Positions 12,845 through 25,105 of a DNA stretch of 64,000 nucleotides are shown one piece after another (the stretch's first letter is position 1; every line of letters starts with the position of its first letter). Source of the DNA: Rhizaria sp. SCN 62-66 (taxonomy: Eukaryota); the NCBI GenBank assembly GCA_001724265.1, contig MEDY01000062.1, positions 1 through 64,000 on the forward strand. The letters are read 5' to 3'. The notes beneath the pieces were generated by a model. The model did no database searches. It was not told the DNA's origin and saw nothing but the letters and a program-made list of their open reading frames with translations. The position numbers were made by a program, and so were the translations under genes.

Positions 12845-13187
12845 GTGCGCCGCAGCGTGGGAAGCGTGTGTGCGACGTTGAGTGGTGCGGAGAGACTGAA
12901 ATAACATCGCGACTGTTTTTGTGAAATGTGCGATGATGCTTGCCGCCTCCCTTTTAAAAAGAAATTCACCAAGAGAAGAACCAGCTATATTCGTAATTTG
13001 GAGTCGATGTTCTTGTGTACAGCTAGTAATCGTGTTGTTGTCGCATTGATTATTGGTTTACATCTGTTTCTGTATTGTTAAAGTAATACATTGTTTCTAC
13101 GTATACGTTTGTTCACAGCCAATACGTGTCAAGTTCTCATCATGATCAATCTTGCTGCTCTTAGTTACACGTCGTCCTCACTCACAT

Positions 13188-14182
13188 TTACTTGCGCGTG
13201 GTGCGGCGGCGGCGCGGTGCCTCCTTCTCCTTCACCTCATGCTCCTCAGCATCGCTTTCATCCTTGGCAACAGCCACGGCCACCGGCGCAGGCGCAGTCG
13301 CAACAGCAGGGGCGGCGCTGGCAGCGGACTTGAGCGAGCGGAAGGCGGTGGCCGGGATGACGGCGGTGCGGTGCGCAACGACGACGGCGTCGGCGACAAA
13401 GCGCGTGGACTGCGTGATGAGGACAAGTGGGACGATGATCCAGACGAGCATGCCGAAGATGACGCAGAACCAGAAGTAGACGAGGTGGTCGAAGGTGAAC
13501 TCGAAGTGGTAGTCGACGATCCAGTGGCTGCCGCCGAACGAGTGAACCTCGGTGCCGACGTACATGAGCGTGCCGAAGAGCTGCACGGCCGAGGTCATAA
13601 GCTGCATCGGGTGGCGCCACGCGGCGCGCGCGTGCACAGCGTAGTAGAGCGCGATGCACATCGGTGCCATGAGGCCCAGCTCGAGCAGGGACAGCATGTC
13701 CACCGTCGGGTCGCCCTTGTAGCGCGCGTCGAGCAGGTAGTACAGGTCGTGAAGCTCGGGCACGCCACGAAAGACGGACAGACCATCCATCAGAAAGTGG
13801 ATGAACACGGCGTTCATGAGGTACCACTGCGCGGTCTTGGCCTCCCAGAACGACAGCGGCGCGGCGTTGGGCGTGAGCTTCTTGGTAACGAGCACCACCA
13901 AAGCGAGCAGCACCAGTGTGACCCAGAGCCAGAAGTTTGTCAGAAAAGAAATGCGCTCCTCCTATATAAAATAAGGATATACACCATACCGTGTCTGGTT
14001 TTGTTAGACAAGCTTTCTTCACGGCAGGGTCTGGGAAAGTAGTTCAACGCGTGCCTTCGTTTCACGTGGTTTGAGTGGAGGATAGGAAAACGTACCATAG
14101 TCTTCACGACGATGAGTGGAACAGAGAAGCAAATAGCGACAAACCCAATAGATGGGTCAGTAACCAGATCAAACAGCCCCAT
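13188..14182 (-). CDS. EBP-like (EXPERA domain) membrane protein, sterol isomerase family, about 286 aa; exons 14182-14096 and 13961-13188
   Basis: Phase 0 intron 14095-13962 (GTACGT...TTTTATATAG). Motifs WYLMNAVFIHFLMDG, DARY, LELGLMAP, RHPMQL..QLFGTLMY and YFWF..WIIVP, plus several hydrophobic segments. Ends TAA. Confidence 0.8.
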
Positions 14183-14688
14183 TTCAAATGACGACCGAAC
14201 AATTGCACACACAGCCGATTTTAAAGTCCTATCTCAACAGCGCCACAGTCGGAGCCAACGGATATTTTCACTGGACATGCACAGATCATCACATAAACAC
14301 ACCTCTATCACTTGACTCATTGTTGAAATCAATTGCAGCGTTAATATATCATCGATATTGCAGGAATGACATCATATGTATGTGTACAACACCTAAATAT
14401 CACGAAGAGAAATATACAAATCAAGACTGTTTCGTCACTTGCAACAACAATGTGAACATACCTACTTAAGGATATACGAACAAGAAACAGAGCAAGTCCG
14501 GTTACTAGACACAGTAAAAAACACACACCATACAACGCACGTCAACAGCATATATTTTCATTATGCAGTCGAGGCGTTCAAAAACAGCAACACAACAACA
14601 GAACGTACGACGCAACACTGGATTGCATCAGACTCTACAAGACACCGGCGGGCAGTTTAAGCAAAGAGCCCGCTTGTTTCCATGGCGT

Positions 14689-17600
14689 TTACATAGCGCG
14701 CGGCTTGAGCGACGCGGGCGCGGCGCCCTGGTCCCTGAGCCCGGACTGCGCCCAGAACTCGGCCTCGTACTTGCGGATCTCGGCCGTGGTGAGCGCGACG
14801 GCGAAGGCGGCCTCCATGAGGTCGTCGCCGCCGCGCGCGCGGTGCCACCGGTGGTCGTGCTCGATGCCGCCGAGCGTGTTGAGCACAATCTCGGGCTGAT
14901 GCGCAGCGCGCAGCAGCTCGGGCTCCCGCTGCGCGAGCAGCGCCAGCGCGAGGCGGTACAGCACCTTGTCACCCTCGAGCAGGAAGGCGTCGAGCACGCG
15001 GTAGTAGAGCTCCGGCGCGAAGGTCGCAAAGCGCAGCGTGAGCCAGCGGAACGCGTAGGTCTCAGGGCGCACGCCGTACTCGTCGAGCACGGCGTGGAGC
15101 CGCGGGTGGTGCTTCTTGAGCAGCGCCGTGAAGACATGCATGTACAGCTGCGCGCGCGGCATGCCCTCGAGGTAGAGCCCGCGGAGGCGGTGCTGCGCGC
15201 CGTTGAGCAGCCGCTCGACGAACCAGAAGGCCATCTCCTCCGGCATGAAAAGCAGCGCGGGCGACGCGAGAAGGTCCATGCCCTGCACGTAGCCCACGGC
15301 CGGGTCGTGCACCGAGTACGCGCGCAGCACGTTGTACAGCGCGGCTTGGCCCTGGCACACTACGGTGCGCGACCCGGCCTCGGGCGAGTGGAACACGATG
15401 TGGTCCTGCAGCACGCGCGGCAGGTCCTTGCGGATCTGCAACTCATCGTGCGCCGCCACGGGCTTCGCCAGCAGCGACTGGTAGTATCGCGACGCGCCCA
15501 GCCGCTCGCGCGCGCGGCCCAGCGAGAGCAGCGCGGGCCACACCACGCCGCGCAGCGCCGGCGGTACGCCCTTGCGCACGCGGCGCTTGAGCACGGCGAA
15601 CGACGACGGCTGCGTCGGCGCCGCAGGGCCCTCCGGTGCGAGAAACTTGGGCCAGTGCTCAAGCATCTGCGTCCACTTCATCTCGCGCGACACGTCCCGC
15701 GCGCTCAGCCGCGCGCGCTCATCCGCCGATACGGTCTCAGCAGGCTCGCAGTTGGCACCACCCGCGGCGGCGGCGTTCGTGGAGCCCGCCGCGCCGTCGC
15801 CCGCGGCGCCCGTGCCGTTGGCGTTGGGGTTGAGGGAGCGGCGGCGCGACTTGTCCTGCATGGCCTCCTTGGCGCGCGCAAGCTCCTTGATGCGGCCGAA
15901 CCGGTCGACCCAGTAGTGGCCCAGCGCGGAGAGGTCCTGGCGGGTCACCGCAAGCGGTTCCAGGTCCTCGTCTGGCAGCAGGCCGCGGCGGTCGACCATG
16001 CGCATCGCCGTCGACACCGACGGCGCCGCAGACAGCGAGCCAGACGGCGCGTGTGCCAGAGCGTAGCTCGCCTCAGCGCCGCCGTCATTGCCGTTACCAT
16101 TCGTGCCGTTGGTGGCCGTGGCGGTGGCCGTGTGCTGGGAGGAGTCGTCGCCGGCGGATACGGAGGACGGCGCGGCGCTGGCGCTGATGCTGGGGCGCGC
16201 GGCGGGCGTCTGCAGGCCCCACCGGTGCCCAGAGCCGTCGCCCGCCGTCGCGCCGCCGCTGCCGCCAACTGGCGTCGTGGGCGCCGCCGCGGCCGAGTCG
16301 CTCTCGCTCTGGCTCTGGCTCGCAGCGTTGGCGTTGGCAGGGCCAGTGCTGTGGCCATTGCTGTCCTTGCCGGCGCCAGAGGCCAGCGCCGCGGGCGAGG
16401 CGTGCAGCCTCAGCCCCGCCACCGCCGTCGCCACCGAACTCGAGCCCCCAGCCGTCACCGGCGCCGTCGCAGTCGTCGCGGTGGCGTCAGCCTCCGAGGT
16501 GGGCGCGGCGCTGGCGCGGCCGGAGCGCAAGATGTCGGTCTGCGTCGCCACCGCTCCGGGGTCCGCGTCCGCGTCCGCGTCGGCGTCCGCCGCGTCGGCG
16601 TCTGCGGCGGCGGCGGCCGAGTCCAGCACACGCACGAAGTGGCCTTGGCCTGGATAATAGAAGTCCGCGTAGAGCGCGGCGACCGCTGCGGCGGCGCGCA
16701 CGTTGGCCGACACCGCGGGCGCCAGCAGCGCCGTCGCCGCCTCCAGCGCAGGGCTCGTGGGCCGCCCACAGTCACTGCTCGCCTGACCGGCCGCAGCGCC
16801 GGCGCCAGAGGCAGCGCCAGAGGCGGCGTGAGAGCTGGACGCGGACGCGGAGGCGGCGGCCGTGGCGGCGGCGGCGGAGGAGGCGGCGGAGGACACGGCC
16901 CAGGCGACCGACGGCGGCACCTGATGCAGCGGCACTGCAAGTGCGGCCGCCGCCGCTGAAGAGGAGCAGCACGACGCGGAAGACCGCGACGAGGCCGAGG
17001 GGCTGGGCGGCACCGGCGGGCCGTGGCTCAGCCCTGCGCCGGAACTCGTGGTGCCCACTGTCACTGCGGCGCCGGAACCCGTGGGACCCGGGCCCGCGGG
17101 GAACGACGCGCTGCTCGCGCTGTCGCGGTGTGTGGCGGCGGCGGCAGCGGCGGCGGCGGCGAGCACCGGCGCGGGGACCGTGGCGTAGGCCTGCATGTGC
17201 AGCCGCGGCGCCGCGGCCCCCGCCGCCGTACTCTGGCGCGGCGTGCGCAGCGAGCCCCCGCCCTGGCCCTGTGCCTGCCCAGTGCCAGAGGCGCCGGGGC
17301 CCTGGCCGGCGGGCCCCAGCGCGGGCGAGCCGAGGCGGGCGCCAGCGGGCGACGAGGGCGCCGACGGCTGGCCACCGCCGCCGCCGCAGTGCCCGCAGCT
17401 GCTCCCACCCGGAGCACAAACGCAGGCGCGGTGCGCGGACGCCGAGAGCGGGCACGGCGCGAGGTAGTAGCTGCCGCTCTCTGCCGCGGCGGCCGCTGCG
17501 GCGGCGGCGGCTGCGGCTGCGGCGGGCGCGCCGGTGGCGATGGCGGTGGGCAGCGCGGGCTGCGGCGCGATGACGACGTGGCGCACGCCGTCGGCCGCGG

Positions 17601-18684
17601 TGAAGACGGCGACGCCACAGCGCGCGGGCGAGTCCACAAGCGCGCCTTCAACGTGCAGCGCGCGCGGCTGCTGCGCCCACCGCTGCGCCAGCGCGTAAGC
17701 CTGCACCGCGGGCGGCAACTGCGCCAGCGTCAGCGTCGCAGCGAACTGACCCGCTCCAGCCCCGGCCCCCGTGCCGCTGCCGTTGCCGTTGCGCTGCCCG
17801 CACGCCGAGGCCAAGGCGGACCCGGAGGCGGAGACTGAGGCGGAGGTGGAGCCGCGGCGCAGCGAGCCCCGGCGGAGCGAGCCGCGGCGGCGCGCGCTGC
17901 TGGAGCTGGGGAAGCCGGGGCCGCCCGCCGCGGTGGCCGACGAACACGCGCGCGCGCTGTGCGGGGCGACCGGAGGCACCAGCGCCGCGGAACCGTGCGC
18001 AGTGCTCGCCACTGCTGTGGCGCCGTGAGGGCAGAGAAGGGCTGCAGCGGAGGCGGAATCGTCAACGTTGACCGAGAGCGGCGGGCGACTCGGCGGGGGA
18101 AACGACGACGAGCCGCCCGCCGCCGCCGCCGCCACAACGTCGCCATTCACACTGGTAGTCGCGGTGCGCGCCGTCGGGGACGTGAGGCTGCTCGCGTGGG
18201 GGCGCGCGGGGTTGCCGTTGCTGTTGTTGTTGTTAGGGTTGTAGTTAGGATTGTTGTTGTTCTGCTGCGCGTCGTCGGGTCCGTCGAGCGCGTCGTTGGC
18301 GTCGTCGTCGCGGAGCAGCGCAAAGTTGGTAAGCACGGTCATGGCAGACATGGCGGCAAGCGAGGGGAACGCCAGCCCGGGGTCGAGCCCGCCAAGCGCA
18401 GTCAGCCACGCAGGCTCCGGACCGAACGGGCCCGCGGACACCGCCGCCACAGAAGCGGCCGACGCGGCTGATGCAGAGGCGGGGTCGGCGGCGCAGGAGT
18501 AGACGACGTGGCGCGTGTACGAGTTGGAGCCCATGACAAGGCGCTCCTCGCCGCCGCCGTGGTGGAGGTGGCCCGAAGCAGCGCGCGGGGACAGCGATGC
18601 ACCGGCTCCACCGACGCCAGCGGCAGTGTGGTGCGACTGGGACGAGGGCGGCGGGGCGCGGTGCGCCGCCGCGAACGTAGACAT
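14689..18684 (-). CDS. TBC-domain Rab GTPase-activating protein with a long low-complexity N-terminus (1331 aa)
   Basis: RVRKGVPPALRGVVW, IRKDLPR (Arg finger), GYVQGM (Gln finger), EEMAFW, YAFRWL, LDAFLLEGDKVLYRLAL. Ends TAA. Confidence 0.9.
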   Translation of the reverse strand: MSTFAAAHRAPPPSSQSHHTAAGVGGAGASLSPRAASGHLHHGGGEERLVMGSNSYTRHVVYSCAADPASASAASAASVAAVSAGPFGPEPAWLTALGGLDPGLAFPSLAAMSAMTVLTNFALLRDDDANDALDGPDDAQQNNNNPNYNPNNNNSNGNPARPHASSLTSPTARTATTSVNGDVVAAAAAGGSSSFPPPSRPPLSVNVDDSASAAALLCPHGATAVASTAHGSAALVPPVAPHSARACSSATAAGGPGFPSSSSARRRGSLRRGSLRRGSTSASVSASGSALASACGQRNGNGSGTGAGAGAGQFAATLTLAQLPPAVQAYALAQRWAQQPRALHVEGALVDSPARCGVAVFTAADGVRHVVIAPQPALPTAIATGAPAAAAAAAAAAAAAAESGSYYLAPCPLSASAHRACVCAPGGSSCGHCGGGGGQPSAPSSPAGARLGSPALGPAGQGPGASGTGQAQGQGGGSLRTPRQSTAAGAAAPRLHMQAYATVPAPVLAAAAAAAAATHRDSASSASFPAGPGPTGSGAAVTVGTTSSGAGLSHGPPVPPSPSASSRSSASCCSSSAAAAALAVPLHQVPPSVAWAVSSAASSAAAATAAASASASSSHAASGAASGAGAAAGQASSDCGRPTSPALEAATALLAPAVSANVRAAAAVAALYADFYYPGQGHFVRVLDSAAAAADADAADADADADADPGAVATQTDILRSGRASAAPTSEADATATTATAPVTAGGSSSVATAVAGLRLHASPAALASGAGKDSNGHSTGPANANAASQSQSESDSAAAAPTTPVGGSGGATAGDGSGHRWGLQTPAARPSISASAAPSSVSAGDDSSQHTATATATNGTNGNGNDGGAEASYALAHAPSGSLSAAPSVSTAMRMVDRRGLLPDEDLEPLAVTRQDLSALGHYWVDRFGRIKELARAKEAMQDKSRRRSLNPNANGTGAAGDGAAGSTNAAAAGGANCEPAETVSADERARLSARDVSREMKWTQMLEHWPKFLAPEGPAAPTQPSSFAVLKRRVRKGVPPALRGVVWPALLSLGRARERLGASRYYQSLLAKPVAAHDELQIRKDLPRVLQDHIVFHSPEAGSRTVVCQGQAALYNVLRAYSVHDPAVGYVQGMDLLASPALLFMPEEMAFWFVERLLNGAQHRLRGLYLEGMPRAQLYMHVFTALLKKHHPRLHAVLDEYGVRPETYAFRWLTLRFATFAPELYYRVLDAFLLEGDKVLYRLALALLAQREPELLRAAHQPEIVLNTLGGIEHDHRWHRARGGDDLMEAAFAVALTTAEIRKYEAEFWAQSGLRDQGAAPASLKPRAM

Positions 18685-19515
18685 GGAGACGAGGGCAGGC
18701 CAGATTCGGCTGCACGGGGGACTTAGTGGGTCAGTTGCAGAGACAGAGACAGAAAAGAAGATCTGACAAGAGCTGTCATTGTTTTAAGGGGCAGCGAAGG
18801 GGTGCGGGAGGAGCAGGATGAGCGTTTGAACAGAAGAGCGAGGATTCACAAAGCAGTTTAGCAGTTTCATTGTATCAGCGTTGCAAATGCAAAAATATAG
18901 CACATTTCAAATATGGAAATACCAACTAGGTCTCCATCAACATTGACGCTTGTGCCTGCTAAGCTCATTTTCATCTTGGCTGAAAGGATAAAGGATACAG
19001 TGGAAGCAAGGCTGATTCCCAGGTGCTAAGTCAGGGGCCGAGGCCATCACAGAAGCTATAATTAAGGGAACCTATACTGTAGATACAAAGTCGTATGTAT
19101 CGATGGAAAACTATGCACAAATGAACCGTTGAGGGTCTCTAAATCAGCCTTAAAGCAGCCCCACTAGCCGGTTCGCACAGTATCCCGTTTCATCACAGTT
19201 GCAGACCGGTTGAGTGGACTCGTGCCGCATCGGCACATGGTTTACGGCTTAAAAAAGGAGTATGAGCAAGACATAAGAGAATACAAGGGTAATTTAACAA
19301 TGTTTTTATGAAGTAGACTATAGATACAATGCGAGCGACTTAATTATCCCTCATATTTGGCCAGTTCAGCGGCACTTCAGACCCTGCGGTCACTCGTGCT
19401 TTCAACCCAGTTTGCAGCGCACACAGCGTGGCACATGTTGTCGCCAAGATGCAGTCTGCCTGATGAGGGCACCGTTATGCTCACAACAAAGCCTCGTAAC
19501 AGCGCGGATGGTCGT

Positions 19516-20955
19516 TCAACGGCGGCGCGTCTGGTCGGGCTTGGTCTTGGTGCGCCCAGACGAGAAGTTGGCGGCGGGACGGAAAGGATTACTTTGCGCG
19601 CCGCGGCCCAGCGAGTTGCCGTTTGCGTTGTGGCCGCGGCGCGTCTCGGCCGTCACGCCCACGCGGCCGAAGACAGTGTTGCTCACGGCCTGCGCCTCGC
19701 GGAGCCCGCGCAGGTGCGGCTTGACTTCCTGTGCGGCGCCCGTGATGCCGGCCAGGTCGAACAGCGCGGCGCGGCGGCCCGCAGCACCCACGCGCTGCTG
19801 CACGCGGAGCCCACCCTCGAGCTGCTGCGCGCGCGGCGCCTGCGCCCGCGCGTCGGCGCGCGCCAGCAGCTCCTGCAGGCGCTGCTTGGACGAGACCTGA
19901 ATCCGGCCGCGCTCGCCCGCGGCGGCGGCGGCGGCGGCGGCCTCGGCGGCGCGCGCGCGCTCGCGGGCGTCGCGGCGCCGGGCCGCCTGCGCGCGCGCGT
20001 CCTCGTCAGCCTCCTCCAGCAGGTCCAGCGACAGCAGCTCGTCATCGTCGTTCTGTGTGCCGGGCCCGCGGGCGCGCTTAACGGTGGGGCCCGATTCAGA
20101 CTCAGAGTCTGAGCCAGAGTCGTAGTCATCGAAGCCGGCCTTAGTGGCTTTCTTGTCGGCCTTGATCTGGGCAGCCTTAACGGCGTCCGCGGCGGCCTGC
20201 GCGGCCTTGCGCTGCGCGATCAGGTCCTCGCGGGCCGCGAGCTTGGCGTCGCGCGCGGCAGCGGCCTTGGCGGCGGCGGCCTGCTCCGCCGATGCGCGGC
20301 GCAGCGCGGTCTGCTTCGCGCTCGACGTCGACACTTCCTCCACCACGTCATCGTCATCATCCTCGTCGTCATCATCGTCGTCGTCGTCGTCGTTACTTGA
20401 GTCAGAGCTAGCAGAGGACTCGGAGTCGGAGTCGGAGATGGAGGGGCCCATGGCGAGAAGCGCGGAGAGAGACTTCTTGGCAGGGGTGCCAGCAGCAGCA
20501 GCGGCAACGGCGGGCTTAGCGGCGGCAGCGGCAGCGGGCCAGCGGCCGGTGGATTCGGCGGGGGGCGCAGAGTCGATGTCCTCTGCATCGTCGTCGTCGT
20601 CGCTGGCACCGTCGTCGTCGTCACTGGTGTCAACGGCGCGGATGTTGACGGCGTCGTCGGTCAGATCGCCGTCGCTCTCGTCGTCGTTCTGCGTCCGCTT
20701 CTCTTCATCGTCGTCGTCCTCTGTGGCGTCGTTGTCCTCGCTGTCGTCCTGCTCATCGTCGTCGTCTTCGTCAGCGTCATCCTCATCCTCGCTCTCGCTG
20801 ACGGGCGCGGGGGCGGCGCGGCGCGAGGACGCAGGGGTAGCACGCGCGGTCGGGGCGGCGCGCTTAGCGGGGGCAGTGGCAGCTGCGCTGGCCTTCTGTG
20901 TCTTGGCGGGCGCCGCAGCCGGCTTGGCGCTGGGGGCAGCGCGACGTGGAGGCAT
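19516..20955 (-). CDS. Acidic/basic low-complexity protein of unknown function (479 aa), possibly nucleolar
   Basis: ATG-initiated ORF filling a GC-rich block; poly-D/E tracts and a basic C-terminus. Ends TGA. Localisation is a guess from composition. Confidence 0.7.
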   Translation of the reverse strand: MPPRRAAPSAKPAAAPAKTQKASAAATAPAKRAAPTARATPASSRRAAPAPVSESEDEDDADEDDDDEQDDSEDNDATEDDDDEEKRTQNDDESDGDLTDDAVNIRAVDTSDDDDGASDDDDDAEDIDSAPPAESTGRWPAAAAAAKPAVAAAAAGTPAKKSLSALLAMGPSISDSDSESSASSDSSNDDDDDDDDDEDDDDDVVEEVSTSSAKQTALRRASAEQAAAAKAAAARDAKLAAREDLIAQRKAAQAAADAVKAAQIKADKKATKAGFDDYDSGSDSESESGPTVKRARGPGTQNDDDELLSLDLLEEADEDARAQAARRRDARERARAAEAAAAAAAAGERGRIQVSSKQRLQELLARADARAQAPRAQQLEGGLRVQQRVGAAGRRAALFDLAGITGAAQEVKPHLRGLREAQAVSNTVFGRVGVTAETRRGHNANGNSLGRGAQSNPFRPAANFSSGRTKTKPDQTRRR

Positions 20956-21754
20956 GCTGCGATTTTGTGCGGGAAAAAAAGGAAGAGTCCGTCAGTTAGC
21001 AATGCGGTTTGAAAAAATGATAGAACAGCACGAATACATAATGGTTATTAATATTATATTTCTATAGCGACACGACACATGCGTTGGAGCGAAGAGTGCG
21101 GGTGGCTCTGACCGTGAGCCTCGCTTGCCAGGTGACCGTGAGCGCTCTGTTTGTGGTGGGGGCGAAGGTAAGCCGGTCGGGTGACGATTGGGTCGACTCG
21201 AGGCGGTGTGAAAACCCTTTTGGCGGATACCAACAGACTCTGCTAGCGTTTGTATTGCACCGACAACTATCTATGGGGAGTGTATTTTGCAATACTGTGT
21301 CAGGACTGGTTACAACTTTGCGGTATGTCCGCATTGGGCTGCTCCTTGATGCTCGATCCGTTTGCATGAGATGACAAGAGCAGCTATGTTATTGTTCCGG
21401 TTTAAGACATATATCTCGATATTATAGCAGTGATACTGGCGCATTATGATATATTCATATGCGCACCAATGAATATTCGTGTTTTTATCTTGTTCTACCG
21501 ACGTCTTCCACCTCAACTGCTCACCCTCCTTGTGTCGCGCGCTTGTTTTATCGTCTGATCCGTTTTCTTGCCTGTTTTGTGCTCGCCCAGCGCCCCCCTC
21601 GCCTCCCCTCTGGACGACGTTGTGGCCTGTCCCCGTTTTCCCCACGTACTCTTACCGCCTGCCGTTGCGCCTGTAAGCGTTTCAGCCCGCCCCGTTACGC
21701 GTTCGCGCCTCTCCCTTTCCCCTTTCTTTTCCTCCCGACCCTTAGCGAGAGAAG

Positions 21755-23062
21755 ATGTTCAGCGCCTCAGCCGTGGCCCCGCCGACCGAGCGCGAGGAGC
21801 TCGAGTACGCCATGGAGCAGATGAAGCTGAGCGAGCCCGTGAAGCGGACGATGCGCGAGAAGCTCGACGCCGTCGACAAGGAGGCCAAGCCCAAGCGCAA
21901 GATGAACGCCGACGACTTCGAGGACGTGTCCATCATCGGCCGTGGCGCCTTCGCCGAGGTCAAGGTCGTCCGCAAGAAGGACGACGGCCGCGTGTACGCC
22001 ATGAAAGTAATGAACAAGAAGGAAATGCTCCGCAAGAAGCAGGTCGAGCACATCCGCGCCGAGCGCGACGTGCTCGCGCTCATCGACTCGCCCTGGATCG
22101 TCAACCTGCGCTACTCGTTCCAGGACGACAAGCATCTCTACCTCGTCATGGAGTTCCTCCAGGGCGGCGACCTGATGACTATTCTTATCAAGAAGGACAC
22201 GCTCTCGTTCGAGGAGACGCGCTTCTACATCGCCGAGACCGCCCTGGCCATCGACGAAGTGCATCGGCTCAACTACATCCACCGCGACCTCAAGCCCGAC
22301 AACATCCTGCTCGATAAGGACGGCCACGTCAAGCTCTCCGACTTCGGGCTCTGCAAGGCGCTGGCGACGCGCCCGGCGCCGTACCTGGAGCAGTACCGCG
22401 ACCAGATCAACGCGGACCCACAGCGCTTCGCCAGTGACGCCGCGGGCGAGCGGTCATTCGAGTCGGTTAAGTCCGACTGGAAGCGCCGCGGCCGCCATCT
22501 CGCCTACTCCACGGTTGGCACCCCCGACTACATCGCCCCCGAGGTGTTTGCGCAGACGGGCTACGACGAGGGCTGCGACTGGTGGTCGCTCGGCGTGATC
22601 ATGTACGAGTGCCTGGTGGGCTATCCGCCTTTTTACGCCGACGACCCGCGCGTGACGTGCAGCAAGATCATCAACTTTAAGAAGTCGCTCTTTTTCCCGC
22701 CCGAGGCGAACCTGTCGTCCGAGGCGCGCAGTTTGCTCACGCGCATGATCTGTGAGCGCGAGCGCCGTATCTCGTTCCAGGAGATTAAGACCCACCCTTT
22801 CTTCGCTGGGCTGGACTGGGACCGTGTGCGCAGCATGCCCGCGCCCATCGTGCCGCTGGTGACGAGCGAGGTCGACCGTCAGAACTTCGACACGTTCGAC
22901 GACAAGCGGCCCAACGAGGACGAGGACGAGGACGACGACGACGCCGTCGACGACCTCAAGCAGACTGGCGGCGCGCCGGCGCCCAACCCGTTCCAGGACT
23001 ACACGTACGCGCGCCCCGCCACCAAGCTGCCCGCGGTCACCGACCTCTTCAACCATCCCTAA
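21755..23062 (+). CDS. NDR/LATS-family AGC Ser/Thr kinase; additional 5' exon(s) possible
   Basis: [25 protein letters not shown], an insert before [15 protein letters not shown], and hydrophobic motif FQDYTY. A pyrimidine tract plus AG at 21745 suggests an upstream intron. Ends TAA. Confidence 0.93.
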   Translation: MFSASAVAPPTEREELEYAMEQMKLSEPVKRTMREKLDAVDKEAKPKRKMNADDFEDVSIIGRGAFAEVKVVRKKDDGRVYAMKVMNKKEMLRKKQVEHIRAERDVLALIDSPWIVNLRYSFQDDKHLYLVMEFLQGGDLMTILIKKDTLSFEETRFYIAETALAIDEVHRLNYIHRDLKPDNILLDKDGHVKLSDFGLCKALATRPAPYLEQYRDQINADPQRFASDAAGERSFESVKSDWKRRGRHLAYSTVGTPDYIAPEVFAQTGYDEGCDWWSLGVIMYECLVGYPPFYADDPRVTCSKIINFKKSLFFPPEANLSSEARSLLTRMICERERRISFQEIKTHPFFAGLDWDRVRSMPAPIVPLVTSEVDRQNFDTFDDKRPNEDEDEDDDDAVDDLKQTGGAPAPNPFQDYTYARPATKLPAVTDLFNHP

Positions 23063-25105
23063 AGTCGTAAGAGCCAGTCGTAAGAGCCCGCGCGACACGC
23101 TGTTGCTGCTCCGACGGTGTAGGCTTCCCGAGCACGAATGTCGAGCTTCACGAGCGTAAGTGTCGACACGAGCATGGGAGAGAGAACGATATAAAGAGAT
23201 CAAGAGCTGTATGGACCTCACTGCAACGGCAGATTGGCCAAATTGTGTGAGATCAGCTTTGTTCGTCTGCTTTCGGTGACTTCTTTTTCCTCTGTCGTAT
23301 CACGCTTCATCAGCACTACGTATTTGCCGCCGTTTTAGTTTGTTTTCTTTTATGTGAAAAAAGAGGCGTCTTGCAAAGCAGTGCACTGCATTGCATTGCA
23401 TTGCATTTCAGCATAGTATTGTTGTGTTTTGTGTCTTAACTGGGCTCAGCTTTCTCTTACCTCCGCTGTTGCCTACTGTGACGTTACCACACTACTCCTC
23501 ACCTAACTCCCCCATATAATAACATCCATAATCATAATCATTACGTTTCACAACATATTCATTCGTTCATTTCATGTGTCCACCAATCGAAAACATATTA
23601 TACCATCAAGTCATTCTTACTCTTCCCTCCGTCTGTCCGTTCCAAACCAATCGCTCTTGCTTTTTCTTTTTGTCCCTCGTTGTTTTATCTGTAGCTTGCA
23701 GTCAGTTGGTCATCACATTTTCATTAATTTTGTTAGTTTTATCACGCAACATCTAATATTAACTCATCGATCGGTGACTCTGCCAACTCCGTGTGTTTGT
23801 GCCCGCGGCGCAACATACCACATCACATCCCCACCGCGCTTCGCCCACCTCCGCCTCCACAGGATTGCGCCGCGCACAGTTTCAGTGCGGCCTCGGTTGC
23901 CGCACCGCGATATGGCATGGCCGTGCAGCCGCAGCCGCAGCCGCAGTTGCTGTCGCGCGCCGCCCGTCCGTGCCCGTCCCTGCGTTAGAGCCGAGCTTGC
24001 GCGGTGTGCGGGACACAGACCGGCGCTCAATCACAGCGACTGACATGCGCTTCGCAGACAGTCAGGCTGGCGTTAGCGGCGCTTGGTGGCAACGGGCGCA
24101 CCATCAGCTGCGTCATCTCAGTGCAGATGATTCGCAAAATATCACACATCCCCGTTGTAGGTCTTCCTCTTGTTCATTTCTGTTTAGTCTTTTTCTTTTA
24201 TTTCTTTTGTGTGCTCGTTTCTTTTATTCTTTTTAGTTCCTTTATGCATCGTTGTTGATGTGTACGGTGCGCGCCCCGGCCGTCTTGCACGACCCGTTTA
24301 TTGTTGGGCGGGCTTCTGTGTGGACCCGCGGCGCGTGCTGTTGCATCGTTGTGCGTTTCGTTCCTGTCTCAATCAATATCGTCTTATTTTCAGGATTACT
24401 TTTCTGGATACTGTTTATCTTTGCATTTCGCTCAACAACGGCGCACCTACCAACGTAACAATCCAATCGTGTGTCACTCCCCTCTGCATCCCAGCGTCCC
24501 GCGCCCTTCCATCCCACCGCGGGCGCACCATTTTCTTTTTATTTTTTTAATTTGTGAACAAATGATGGAGCTTCTCATTAAACCTCCCGCACATCACTGC
24601 CCCCCGCTAATGCGCGCCACCACTCGCTGTCAGTTCACCGCGCAATGCACATGTCATGCTCGCTTACTAATCCCATTCGTTCACTTCCTAACATGTTCCG
24701 CTCAGCTCGAATCACCATTTGTTATTCGTTTTTGTGTGCGGAAGCTATCGTAACACACACACGTTCACACACGATCTCGCGGGGATGCATACACGTACAA
24801 AGCACGTCTTGCAGAGGTCGATCAATATCAATAATACACAATTTATGGTTTTTGGACACCCCTCCATTCTCCATTTGTATCAAATCGCGATTTGTATTGA
24901 TATCATAATCGTCATATATTCACGACTCGTAACACAGGAGCACTTCAAAGACTCACTCGTATTTCTAGTACATCGTCTCTAAAGTCATTTTAAAGGAAAA
25001 AATCATTCAACTTTTTTAAACAGGAAAACAAACAGAGCTATACGTACAAACTTATACATGGTTTTCATCGATTGACACCTAGAACAATACAAAGAGTGTC
25101 AGTCA

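Noticed and set aside
13962-13964. In-frame TAG upstream of the EBP-like ORF
   Set aside because: It is the 3' splice site of intron 14095-13962.
14563-16959. Long antisense or alternative-frame ORFs (this 798-aa one; also 11069..12907, 46096..48300, 30363..31976, 61417..62892)
   Set aside because: They overlap motif-supported genes and are expected shadows of GC-rich, stop-poor coding DNA.
21743-21745. In-frame TAG upstream of the NDR kinase ATG
   Set aside because: It follows a long pyrimidine tract and is most likely a splice acceptor or UTR.
23387-23407. Short (TGCAT)n tandem repeat
   Set aside because: Ordinary microsatellite in probable 3' UTR.
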